This document shows, piece after piece, positions 20,090-37,260 of a stretch of DNA of 64,000 nt (positions are counted from its first letter, which is position 1; the number at the start of each line of letters is the position of its first letter). The notes beneath the pieces are model-generated. The model had not been told where the DNA came from, did no database searches, and saw only the letters and a list, made by a program, of their open reading frames with translations. The translations under genes were made by a program, and so were the position numbers. Source of the stretch: the human T2T-CHM13v2.0 reference genome, Homo sapiens; the NCBI GenBank assembly GCA_009914755.4, contig CP086569.2, positions 1,280,001 to 1,344,000 of the forward strand, written 5' to 3'.

Positions 20090-20810
20090 CAAAGTCCTAC
20101 AACCCAGGTGGCTTAAACTACAGACATTGATTCTCCCACCGTCGTGGAGACTGGAAGGGCGAGATCCAGGTGTGGGCAGGGCTGGTTCCTCCTGAAGCCT
20201 CTCTCCTGGGCTTGGAGATGCCATCTTCTCCCTGTGTCCTCACAGAGTCGTCCCTCTGTATCTGTGTCCTCATCTCCTCTTCTTATGAGATGCTTTAGTC
20301 CATCTCAGGCTGCTGTCACAGAATACCACAGACTGGGTGGCTTATAAACAACAGGCAGTGATTCTCCCACAGCCCTGGAGGCTGGAGGTCTGAGATCCAG
20401 GTGTGGGCAGGGCTGGTTCCTCCTGAGGCCTCTCTCCTGGGCTTGTAGACGCCATCTTCTCCCTGTGTCCTCACAGGGTCATCCCTCTGTGTGTGTCTGT
20501 GTCCTTATCTGCTCTTCTTATGAGGTGTCTTAGTCCATTTCAGGCTGCTAAAACAATACTATAGACTGGGTGGCTTAGAAACAGCAGACATTGATTCTTC
20601 CATAATCCTGGAGTCTGGAAGTCTGAGATCCAGGTGTGGGCAGGGCTGGTTCCTCCTGAGGCCTCTCTCCTGGGCTTGGAGACGCCGTCTTCCCCCTGTG
20701 TCCTCACAGGGTCGTCCCTCTGTGTGTGTCTGTGTCCTCATCTCCTCTTCTTATGAGATGTCTTAGTCCATTTCAGGCTGCTATCACAGAATACCATAGA
20801 CTGGGTGGCT
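20090..20810 (-). repeat. Tandem triplication (~240-bp period) of an MLT1-type MaLR LTR segment, antisense
   Basis: Three near-identical copies (about 20090-20340, 20340-20580 and 20580-20810) of ...ggctgctgtcacagaataccacagactgggtggcttataaacaa. Confidence 0.75.
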
Positions 20811-20827
20811 TATGAACAAAAGACATG

Positions 20828-21505
<678 letters not shown>

Positions 21506-21729
21506 GAAGAGGGAAATTTGGCCACAGACACCCAGAGGGGAGAAGGCCACATGGAGATGGAGGCACAGATAGGAACCACAGGGCCATGAGCGAAAGGTGA
21601 CAATGGGTTGCCAACAGCCTCCAGCAGCTGGAGAAAGACCAAGACCAACTTCTCCTCAGTACCTCTGGAAGGAAGAAACCCTACAGACACCGTGATTTGT
21701 GGTTGCTGGCCTCTAGAACTGCGTACCTT

Positions 21730-22140
21730 CCTGTGCCTTTTGAGACGGAGTCTCGCTCTTGTCACCCAGGCTGGAGTGCAGTGGCGCGATCTCGGCTCAC
21801 TGCAACCCCGCCTCCTGGGTTCGAGCGATTCCCCTGCCTCAGCCTCCCGAGTAGCTGCGATTACAGGCGGAGTCTGTATTCTGTATCATTGATGATATAG
21901 AATTAATGTAGCTTATCTGTTACTATGTGTTATAATATTCTCTTGCAATTGATATCATATAGTATCACTTATGATACTATCAATTAGCCACCACGTCTGG
22001 CTAATTTTTGTATTTTTAGTAGAGATGGGGTTTTACCGTGTTGGTCGGGCTGATCTCGAACCCATGACCTAAGGTGATCCGCCCACCTCGGCCTCCCAAA
22101 ATGCTGGGATGACAGGGGTGAGCCACGGCGCCTGGCCCCT
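21730..22140 (-). mobile_element. Alu (antisense) interrupted by a 114-bp AT-rich insert (21877-21990) that is an inverted copy of the 78-bp satellite unit at 24.8-25.3 kb
   Basis: Alu sequence on both sides is continuous except for the insert. The insert's reverse complement matches the satellite unit. Confidence 0.7.
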
Positions 22141-22307
22141 TCCCGTGCCCTTAGGCCCCTCATCTGCTGGTAGTTTGTGATGGGAGTTTCTGGAAGCGAG
22201 TCCACTGCTGTCTTAAGGGGAATGTACAACATCCACAAGAGGCAGAATCACCAAGCACAGGAAAACCACATCGGACATTAGAAACGAGGCACCCTGGCCG
22301 CACTCAC

Positions 22308-22355
22308 CACGATCGTGTCCGCTCCAATGACCACGTCGGGGGCCCGCAGGTCTTT
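22308..22355 (-). CDS. ASMTL: ASMTL coding exon 3 (KDLRAPDVVIGADTIV). Acceptor ttttcttacag|AAAGAC, donor GTG|GTGAGT
   Basis: Contains the conserved Maf GADT(I/V)V motif. Canonical splice signals. 48 nt, phase 0. Confidence 0.85.
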
Positions 22356-22774
22356 CTGTAAGAAAACCAGATTCCGGTTTACCGGTGACATGCCGTGGGT
22401 CTCACAGAGAAGTTTTCCCGTCGGTACGGGCGTGAAAGAGCACCGCAGGGGCGAAGCCAGGCCGACTTTGGAAGTGAAGGCTGGGGGTGCTCAAGGTCAC
22501 GAGCAAGGACACAAGTGGGTCCCCCCGGTGGTCGCCCTGCAGGGGCTGGAACGTGGGTGAGGCCGGGGCCCACGGGGGCTGCGTGATCAGGGGTCAGGCA
22601 CTCACGGAGCATCTCACGGGCACTACGGGAAACGCAATGCCTGTTCCGTAAGCTTTTGTTCTTCCGGGCGGCAGGTAAGGTTTGATTCAGGGGCCCCAAA
22701 CCTCCCTGAGTTACCCAGAATTAAGGCCAAAAGGTTTTTGATCCGTTCAATGTAATTTCAGAAAAAGCTACTTA

Positions 22775-25265
<2,491 letters not shown>

Positions 25266-25396
25266 AATAGCTAAGCTGTGCCACCAACTGCATCTTTTGA
25301 ATGACGTTTATTTGTATCATGTATATTTACCACCCGCAAATCCCCTCATCACAGCAAAGGAATTTTCATAAGGGCCGAAGGGCAGGGGCCCCTTGC

Positions 25397-25528
25397 CTGG
25401 TACAGCCGGTTGGCCACCTCCAGGGCCTTCTGCTTGGCGGTCTCCATGGCGTACCCATACGGAGTAGCGAAGGAGGCTTTGTCCAGCTTCTCTTTAAACT
25501 TGGAGGGGACCACCTCAAACCTGAGACC
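25397..25528 (-). CDS. ASMTL: ASMTL coding exon 2 (GLRFEVVPSKFKEKLDKASFATPYGYAMETAKQKALEVANRLYQ). Acceptor ctgttgcag|GGT, donor CAG|GCAAGG (GC donor)
   Basis: Maf-domain homology. The polypyrimidine-AG acceptor at 25530-25529 is clean. 132 nt gives 44 codons. The only in-frame continuation into exon 3 (KDLRAPD...) requires the GC donor at 25396-25395. Confidence 0.8.
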
Positions 25529-26149
25529 CTGCAACAGTAGAAAAGGGGTCAGAAGGGTCAATGAAAGACCCTATGAAAAGTGAATGGGACATGCAAGATT
25601 TGCAGGACGCACATAGCGTTTGCTACACTCCCCGACCCTGTCCCAGGTGAGCTCATCCATCCGCCAAGCTTTCCCTAAGTGTGGCTGGGGAGCCGGGGAC
25701 TGACCAGGGCTTTCCCTAAGTGTGGTTAGTGGGCCGCGGACTGACCAGGGGCCTTCAGGGACTGACCAGGGGCCTTCTTGGCTCTCGAGGGAAGAGATTG
25801 GCAAAGGAAGAAGCCAGGAACAAAGAGGCCAGCAGGGAGGTATTGACTCGGGCCTTGAACCCACGAGCCAACAGTGTCCGAGGATTCCCAGAGACCTGAA
25901 GGTTGGGGCAGAGTACAAAACCCAACCTGCCCACAGGAAATTCAGGAAAAACGCCAGCAATGATGGCTGTGGGAAGGGAGACAATGATGGCTCTACGTCA
26001 ATCCCTGGCACCCAGGAAGAGACAACACCGCCCCTGGGGAGGCCTGGCCTAGAGGTAGTGACCCCTGCAGAGACCGTGGGGTCAGGAATGATGGTGGTAA
26101 ATGCCTCCAGTGGGGGTGCCCCTGGCTGCCACACCCTGCCAGGGTGCAG

Positions 26150-26995
26150 GGAACTCCGCATCTCCCCTCTGACCATCTCCCCTCTGACAGAGCAAAAGCA
26201 TCGCCATCTTGGACACACACCGCCATCTTGGAGAGACACCACCATCTTGGACGCATACCGCCATCGTGGACACACACACCGTCGTCGTGGACACACACTG
26301 CCATCTGGGACACACACCGTCGTCGTGGACACACACCGCCGTCGTGGACACATGCCGCCATCTTGGACACACACCACCATCGTGGACACACACCGCCATC
26401 GTGGACACACACTGCCATCTGGGACACACACCGTCGTCGTGCACACACACCGCCGTCGTGGACACACGCCATCTTGGACACACGCCGCCATCATGGACAC
26501 ACACCGCCATCTTGGACACACACCGCCATCTTGGACAGACACCGCCATCTTGGACACACACCACCATCGTGGACACATGCCGCCATCTTGGCCATCATGG
26601 ACACAGTGTCATTGTGGACACACACCGCCATCTTGGACAGACACCTCCATCTTGGACACACACCGCCATCATGGACACACACTGCCATCTTGGACAGACA
26701 CCACCATCGTGGACAGACACTGCCATCGTGGACACACACCGCCATCATGGACACACACCGCCATCGTGGACACACACTGCCATCTTGGCCATCGTGGACA
26801 CACACCCCCATCGTGGACAGACACCATCGTGGACACACACCGCCATTTTGGCCATCGAGGACACACACCACCATCGTGGACAGACACCGCCGTCGTGGAC
26901 AGACACCCCCATCATGGACACACACCGCCATCTTGGACAGACACCCCCGTCTTGGACAGACACTGCCATGTTGGACACACACTTCCATTTTAAGT
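26150..26995 (+). repeat. Minisatellite/VNTR with a 17-19-bp unit (CCATCTTGGACACACACCG and variants), about 45 copies
   Basis: Perfect periodic structure. It produces His/Thr/Pro-rich and Cys/Val-rich artefact ORFs on both strands. Confidence 0.9.
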
Positions 26996-27224
26996 TCCCT
27001 TGATTAAAAACTGCCTAAATCCAGCCCCCAAACATCAGCCTAATGGCTAATGTCAGCATGACCAGAAACATTCCAGCCGTGGGATAAACCCCTCTGTGAC
27101 CAGAAACCTCCCCTCCGACCAGAGACAGTCCAACCCCGCAATCAATTTTCCCTCACACAGAAACATTCCGAGCCTGCGAGAAGCCCCCTTTTCCAAAACC
27201 CTTTGCTGAGCCACTTTTTGTATT

Positions 27225-29812
<2,588 letters not shown>

Positions 29813-30262
29813 CATAATTTGTCTTTTAATAAAAGTGGGAAAACTGGAAAAAGAAAAATCGTGTTTGAAAAACTATAGTTACCCCTGTCGTGAAATTCTA
29901 GTCTTGCCTAATGGTTTTCAGTTTTTATTCTTTTCTACGGTTTGAATTAAATTCTAATTTTTCTGGCTACATGTCTCCAAGATAATGTTTTGCATTCTTT
30001 TCCTTTTTCTTTTTCTCCAATTTTTCCTAACTGAAAACCTCTGAAACCCAAGTTCTGCTTTCTTAAAGCCCTGTGAACTAAAAGCTAGATGTTTCAACGG
30101 GTGCTGCTTGGAAGGCCCCTAAAGAGTGCTACCAGGAACAAATCAACCTCTTCCCCTCCAGGGCTGTGTTTGGTGACCCGTAATAACCACCTCCCTCAGC
30201 AGGAAGTGGCCAGAAAGAACACACCACCCCTCGTCCTGTTATAACTAGAGGGTCTGGATTCA

Positions 30263-31915
30263 CAGAGCAGGAGCATTGCCATCTTCGACACACACTGCCA
30301 TCTTGGACCCATTACACCATCTTGGACACACACCGCCATCTTGGATAAGCACCACCATCTTGGACACACAACATCTTGGACACACATGGCCATCTTGGAG
30401 AAGCACCACCATCTTGGACACACACTGCCATCTTGGATAAGCACCACCATCTTGGACACACACCATCTTGGACACACACGGCCATGTTGGAGAAGCACCA
30501 CCATCTTGGACACACACCGCCATCTGGGAGAAGCACCACCATCTTGGACACACACCATCTTGGACACACACGGCCATCTTGGATAAGCACCACCATCTTG
30601 GAGACACACCATCTTGGACACACACCGCCATCTTGGATAAGCACCACCATCTTGGAGACACACCATCTTGGACACACACCGCCATCTTGGAGAAGCACCA
30701 CCATCTTGGACACACACCATCTTGGACAAGCACTGCCATCTTGGACATGCATGGCCATCTTTGACACACACCACCATCTTGGACACACACCGCCATCTTG
30801 GATAAGCACCACCATCTTGGACACACACAGCTATCTTGGATAAGCACTACCATCTTGGACACACACCATCTGGGACACACACTGCCATCTTGGACCCATA
30901 ACACCATCTTGGACAAGCACCGCCATCTTGGACACACCGCCATCTTGGATACACAACACCATCTTGGAAAAGCACCACCATCTTGGACACACACCGCCAT
31001 CTTGGATAAGAACCACCATCTTGGACACACACCATCTTGGACACACACCGCCATCTTGGATAAGAACCACCATCTTGGACACACACCATCTTGGACACAC
31101 ACAGCCATCTTGGATAAGCACCACCATCTTGGACACACACCATCTTGGACACACACCGCCATCTTGGATAAGCACCACCATCTTGGACACACACCGCCAT
31201 CTTGGATAAGCACCACCATCTTGGACACACACCATCTTGGACACACACTGCCATCTTGGATAAGCACCACCATCTTGGACACACAACATCTTGGACACAC
31301 ACCGCCATCTTGGATAAGCACCACCATCTTGGACACACACCATCTGGGACACACACTGCCATCTTGGACCCATAACACCATCTTGGACAAGCACCACCAT
31401 CTTGGACACACCGCCATCTTGGACACGCCACCATCTTGGATACACACCACCATCTTGGAAAAGCACCACCATCTTGGACACACAACATCTTGGACACACA
31501 CTGCCATCTTGGATAAGCACCACCATCTTGGACACATGCCGCCATCTTGGACACACACTGCCATCTTGGATAAGCACCACCATCTTGGACACACACCATC
31601 TTGGACACACACGGCCATCTTGGATAAGCACCACCATCTTGGACACACACCGCCATCTTGGATAAGCACCACCATCTTGGAGACACACCATCTTGGACAC
31701 ACACTGCCATCTTGGAGAAGCACCACCATCTTGGACACACACCATCTGGGACACACACCACCATCTTGGATAAGCACCACCATCTTGGACACACACCGCC
31801 ATCTTGGATAAGCACCACCATCTTGGACAAGCACTGCCATCTTGGACATGCATGGTCATCTTTGACACACACCACCATCTTGGACACACACCGCCATCTT
31901 GGACAAGCATTGCCA
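30263..31915 (+). repeat. Minisatellite/VNTR of the same 17-19-bp family as 26150-26995, about 88 copies, often in a 38-bp two-unit super-period (CCATCTTGGATAAGCACCACCATCTTGGACACACACCG)
   Basis: Periodic structure. The flanks (about 15 bp 5' and over 250 bp 3') are homologous to those of the 26.2-kb copy. Confidence 0.9.
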
Positions 31916-32574
31916 TTTTAAGTTCCCGTGATTAAAAACTGCCTAAAACCAGCCCCAAAACATCAGCCTAATGGCTAATGTCAGCATGACCAGAAACAGT
32001 CAAAGCCTGAAATAAACCGCCTCTGACCAGAAACATCCCAAGCCCAAGATAACCTCCTTCAGACCAGAGACATTCTAACACCTCAGTCAACTTTGCCTCA
32101 CAGGGAAACATTCCGAGCCTGCGATAAGATTCCCCTTCCTAAACCCTTAAATACCCTTAGTCTGTAAGAGAGAACACTCCTGACCTAACTCAGCCAGAAG
32201 CCCCGCTCAGGCTTGTTCTCCAAAATAAACCCGTCTTTGACTGTGAAGCTGCTTTTCTTTTTTCGTCTTTCTTCCACTCTTCTACACTCCTCAGCGCTCC
32301 TCACCTCTTGAAGGTGCCCCCAGATCCTGGCCCTGACGCCCATCCTGGTCTTCAGGGCACCAGTCACCAAGCCCTGGACCTGCCCTGCAGATCTCAACCC
32401 CAGATCATATAGACCCCTGCCCTATGCCCTGTCACCCCCAATCATGGAGACCCATGCCTTCTGTGAGGCACCCTGACCACTCTCATCCCCGTCACTAGGA
32501 CCAGGCATGTGGTGTCCCCCCTCCCAGGGTACCAGACCTCCAGTCCGTAGTCCCCAAGAGTAGACTCCTGCCCC

Positions 32575-33230
32575 ACTGCACCATCCATAGGCAACCAGTA
32601 ACTACCCTACCATCACCAGTAACTTCTCTGCCATCACCAGTAACTACCTCACATCACCAGTAACTACCCCCCATCACCAGTAACTATGCCCCATCATCAA
32701 ACCCAGTAACTACCCCCCATCACCAGTAACTATCCACCATCACCAGTAACTATCCCCCATCACCAGTAACTATGCCCCATCATCACCAGTAACTATCCCC
32801 CCATCACCAGTAACTATCTCCCATCAACAGTAACTATCCTCCCATCACCAGTAACTATCCCCACATCACCAGTAACTACCCCCATCACCAATAACTATGC
32901 CCCATCATCAAACCCAGTAACTATCCCACCATCACCAGTAACTAACCCCCACCACCAGTAAATATGCCCCATCATCACCAGTAACTATCCCTCATCACCG
33001 GTAACTACGCCCCATCACCAGTAACTATCTCCCATCACCAGTAACTATCCCCCATCACCAGTAACTATCCTTCCATCACCAGTAACTATGCCCCCATCAC
33101 CAGTAACTATCCCATCACCAGTAACTATCACCCCATTACCAGTAACTATCCCACATCACCTATAACTATCCGCCTGTCACCAGTAACTACCCCCCATCAC
33201 AAGTAACTATCCCTTCATCACTAGACCGTC
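32575..33230 (+). repeat. Minisatellite with a 19-20-bp unit (CATCACCAGTAACTATCCCC), about 33 copies
   Basis: Direct inspection. Confidence 0.9.
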
Positions 33231-33244
33231 TCCTCCATGTGATT

Positions 33245-35650
33245 AGGGCTCCAGAGAGAGGCAGACACCCACTACCTAGGCGTCCTACCACCCGGAATAA
33301 GATCCTCATGGGGGCACCAGGAAACACTTCCCATACCCCAGCTACAAAGTCCAACCATCAGTCACAGGGCCCACTCCATCCCTAGAAGTCCTGAGTCACT
33401 CACCTCCCCAATCCCTAGGGGTCCCAGGTCACTCCCCTCCCCCACCCCTAGGGGGTCCCGGGTTACTCTCCCCTCCCCCATTCCTAGGGGTCTTGGATTA
33501 CTCTCCCCTCCCTTATCCCTAGGAGGTCCTGGATCACACTCCCCTCCCCCATCACTAGGGCATCCTGGGTCACTCTCCCCTCCCCCATCCCTAGGGGCTC
33601 TGGGTCACTCTCCCCTCCCCCATCCCTAGGGGTTCTGGGTCACTCTCCCCTCCCCCATCCCTAGGGGTTCTGGGTCACTCTCCCCTCCCCCATCCCTAGG
33701 GGGTTCCGGGTCACACTCCCCAACCCCATCCCTAGGGGTTCTGGGTTACTCTCCCCTCCCCCATCCCTAGGGTTCCCGGGTTACTCTCCCCTCCCCCAAC
33801 CCTAGGGGTCCCAGGTTACTTTCCCCACCCACATCCCTAGGTGGTACTGGATCACTCTCCCCTCCCCCATCCCTAGGGGTCCCGGGTCACTCTGCCCTCC
33901 CCCATCCCTATGGGTCCCGGGTCACTCTGCCCTCCCCATTCCTAGGGGGTCCTGGCTCACTCTCCCCTCCCCCATCCCTAGGGGTCCTGGGTTATTCTCC
34001 CCTCCCCCATCCCTAGGGGTCCCGGGTCACTCTGCTTTCTCCATTCCTAGGGGGTCCTGGGTCACTCTCCCCTCCCCCATACCTAGGGATTCCGGATCAC
34101 TCTCCCCTCCCCCATCCCTAGGCGGTCCTGGATCACTCTCCCCTCCCCATTCCTAGGGGGTCCTGGGACACTCCTCCCTCCCCATCCCTAGGGGGTCCCA
34201 GGTCACTCTCCCCAACCCCATGCCTAGGGCGTCCTGGGTTACTCTCCCCACCCCCATCCCTAGGGGGTCCTGGGTTACTCTCCCCTTCCCCATCCCTAGG
34301 TGGTCCTGGGTCACTCTCCCCTCCCCATTCCTTGGGGGTCCCGGGTCACCCTTCCCTCCCCCATCCCTAGGGGGTCCTGGGTCACTCTCCCCAACCCCAT
34401 GCCTAGGGGTTCCAGGTCACTCTCCCCTCCCTCATCCTTTTGGGTCCCGGGTTACTCTCCCTACCCCCATCCCTAGGGGGATCCCGGCTTACTCTCCCCT
34501 CCCCCATCCCTAGGGGGTCCCAGGTTACTCTCCCATCCCCATTCCTAGGGGGTTCTGGGTCACTCCCTGCAACCCCATGCCTAGGGGTTTCGGGTCACTC
34601 TCCCCACCCCCATCCCTAGGGGGGTCCCGGGTCACTTGACCTCCCCATTCCTAGGGGTCCCGGGTTACTCTCCTCTCCCCCATCCCTAGGGGTCCCGGGT
34701 TACTCTCCCCACCCCCATCCCTAGGGGGGTCTCGGCTTACTCTCCCTATCCCCAACCCTGGAGGTCCCGGGTTACTCTCCCCATCCCCATGCCTGGGGGT
34801 CCCGGGTTACTCTCCCCATCCCCATCCATGGGGCTCCGGGGTCACTCTGCTGTCCCCATCCCTAGCGGTCCTGGGTCACTCCTCCCTCCCCATCCCTAGG
34901 GGGTCCCGGGTCACTCTCCCCAACCACATGCCTAGGGCGTCCTGGGTTACTCTCCCCACCCCCATCGCTAGGGGGTCCCAGGTTACAGGTTACTCTCTCC
35001 AACCCCATCCCTAAGGTGTCCCGGGTTTCTCTCCCCTCCCCCACCCCTAGGGGGGTCCCGGGTTACTCTCCCCTCCCCCATCCCTAGGGGGTCCTGGGTC
35101 ACTCTCCCCAACCCCATCCCTAGGGGTCCCGGGTTATTCTCCCCAACCCCATTCCTGGGGGTCTCGGCTTACTCTCCCCATCCCCATGCCTGGGGGTCCC
35201 GGGTTACTCTCCTCTCCCCCATCCCTAGGGGTCCCGGGTTACTCCCCCACCCCCATCCCTAGGGGGGGTCTCGGCTTACTCTCCCCATCCCCAACCCTGG
35301 AGGTCCCGGGTTACTCTCCCCATCCCCATGCCTGGGGGTCCCGGGTTACTCTCCTCATCCCCATCCATGGGGCTCCGGGGTCACTCTGCTGTCCCCATCC
35401 CTAGCGGTCCTGGGTCACTCTACCCTCCCCATTCCTAGGGGTCCCGGGTTACGATCCCCTCCCCCATCCCTATGGGGACCCAGGTCACTCCCCACCCCCA
35501 TGCCTAGGGGGTTCCGGGTTACTCTCCCCTCCCCCATCCCTAGAGGTTCCGGGTCACTCTCCCCAACCCTATCCCTGGAGGTCCCGGGACACTCTCCCCT
35601 CCCCCATCCCTAAGGGTCTCGGGTCACTCTCCCATCCCTATCCCTAGAGT
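33245..35650 (+). repeat. Minisatellite with a 35-37-bp unit (CCCTAGGGGTCCCGGGTCACTCTCCCCTCCCCCAT), about 65 copies over ~2.4 kb
   Basis: Spacing of the ctagg landmarks is 35-37 bp throughout. The array ends about 75 bp from the ASMTL exon 1 donor (35725). Confidence 0.9.
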
Positions 35651-35725
35651 TCCTGAGTCGCTGGGCCCTCCGGGGTTCAGCCCCTCCGTCCCCGGTCCCC
35701 TGCCCCGCCCAGGCCCAGGCCGTAC

Positions 35726-35818
35726 CGCGTTGCTGAGGATCTCCTGACGGCGTGGGGAGGCGCTGGCCAGCACCACGCGCTTGTGCAGCAGCTTCCCAAT
35801 CACCGGGCACAGCACCAT
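35726..35818 (-). CDS. ASMTL: ASMTL coding exon 1 (Maf domain N-terminus: MVLCPVIGKLLHKRVVLASASPRRQEILSNA). ATG at 35818-35816, donor GCG|GTACGG at 35725-35724. The 5' UTR continues upstream to an undetermined TSS
   Basis: Minus-strand translation gives the SASPRRQE Maf/YhdE N-terminal motif. An in-frame ATG is followed by a GT donor. The exon sits inside a CpG-rich island. Phase 0 joins exon 2. Confidence 0.85.
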
Positions 35819-35999
35819 GGCGTCCACGCCGGGAGCCGGGCGTCCGCACTTCTGAGCCCGGAGCCCGCGGTGCGCGCAGCGCGGCTGCAAAAAAAACAGG
35901 CGGCCAGAGTCCCGCCTCCGCGAGGCCACGCCCCCGCCCGCCTCCGCGAGGCCACGCCCAGTCCGCGCCTTCAGTGGCCTCCCCGCGAGACCGCGCCCA

Positions 36000-36300
36000 G
36001 GCCACGCCTCCATTGAACACTCCGTCAGGCCTCGCCCAGGCCACACCTCCATTGCCCTCTCCACCAGGCCACGCCCATGTCACGCCCCATTGATCTCCCC
36101 TGAGACCACGCCCAGACCACGCCTCCATTGCCCTCTCCGTCAGGCCACGCCCAGGCCACACCTCCATTGCCCTCTCCGCCAGGCCACGCCCATGTCACGC
36201 CGCCATTGACCGCTCCGCCAGGCCACGCCCAGGCCACACCTCCTTGCCCTCTCCGCCAGGCCACGCCCATGCCACGCCGCCATTGAGCTCCCCGTGAGGC
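36000..36300. repeat. GC-rich tandem repeat with a ~58-60-bp unit (AGGCCACGCCCAGGCCACACCTCCATTGCCCTCTCCGCC...), about 5 copies, upstream of the ASMTL TSS
   Basis: Direct inspection. It lies within the CpG island. Confidence 0.8.
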
Positions 36301-36714
36301 CACGCCCAGGCCACACCCCCGCCCGCCTCCCCCCCGGGCACCGCCCCGGCCGCTTGGTGAAGCACCGCCCCCAGCTCCGCCTCCCGGGCCCCGTCCCCGC
36401 CCCCGGCGCTCGCCCCGCCCCTCCCCACCCCGCCTGCGGCGCCAAGACCTGCAATGGCGCAGGCAGCTGCGGGGTCCCGGGGAGGAAAGGCTGGCGTGGA
36501 TACTTGGGGTTCCTTGCAGGCGCGGCGTGGGGAGTGGAAATGCTGGGTTTCCGCAGCTGCGGTTGTGGGCAGTTGTGGGGGTGGGGGGTTCTTACCCGCA
36601 CGTGGAGGGGCCCGGCGCAGAGATGGGGGTCTTGTGGGAGCCGCGTCGGGGAAGGTAGAGATAGGGGGTTCCCCGCGGACCCGGTGCGAGTGGCGTGGGG
36701 ATGGGGATGTCCTC

Positions 36715-37260
36715 GTGCCTGGTGGGAGGGGAGTGGAGATGGGGGTGTCCACGGGCCTGGTGGGAGGGGCGTGGAGATGGGGGTGTCCACGGGCCTGGTG
36801 GGAGGGGCGTGGAGATGGGGGTGTCCACGGGCCTGGTGGGAGGGGCGTGGAGATGGGGGTGTCCACGGGCCTGGTGGGAGGGGCGTGGAGATGGGGGTGT
36901 CCACGGGCCTGGTGGGAGGGGCGTGGAGATGGGGGTGTCCACGGGCCTGGTGGGAGGGGCGTGGAGATGGGGGTGTCCACGGGCCTGGTGGGAGGGGAGT
37001 GGAGATGGGGGTGTCCACGGGCCTGGTGGGAGGGGCGTGGAGATGGGGGTGTCCACGGGCCTGGTGGGAGGGGCGTGGAGATGGGGGTGTCCACGGGCCT
37101 GGTGGGAGGGGCGTGGAGATGGGGGTGTCCACGGGCCTGGTGGGAGGGGCGTGGAGATGGGGGTGTCCACGGGCCTGGTGGGAGGGGCGTGGAGATGGGG
37201 GTGTCCACGGGCCTGGTGGGAGGGGCGTGGAGATGGGGATCCCCGCGGGGATGGTGGGAG
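36715..37260. repeat. G-rich minisatellite with a 38-bp unit (GGTGGGAGGGGCGTGGAGATGGGGGTGTCCACGGGCCT), about 14 copies
   Basis: Unit starts are spaced exactly 38 bp apart (for example 36721 and 36759). There are GGG/GGGG/GGGGG runs in every unit. Confidence 0.9.

Noticed and set aside
30260-31916. Very long ORFs on both strands inside the 17-19-bp minisatellite (e.g. 529 aa, 361 aa and 346 aa on the minus strand; 337 aa on the plus strand). Similar ORFs occur at 25571-26993 in the paralogous array.
   Set aside because: Their length is a multiple-of-three artefact of a stop-free tandem unit. The 'proteins' are exact peptide periodicities (CPRWWCLSKMAVCVQDGGV... / HHLGHTPPSWTHTAILDK...). They have no start context, no splice signals and no homology.
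30263-35650. Could the highly regular short repeats be a CRISPR array?
   Set aside because: The units are contiguous with no unique spacers. The sequence is human nuclear DNA (Alus and spliced genes on either side). No cas-like ORFs are present. These are minisatellites.
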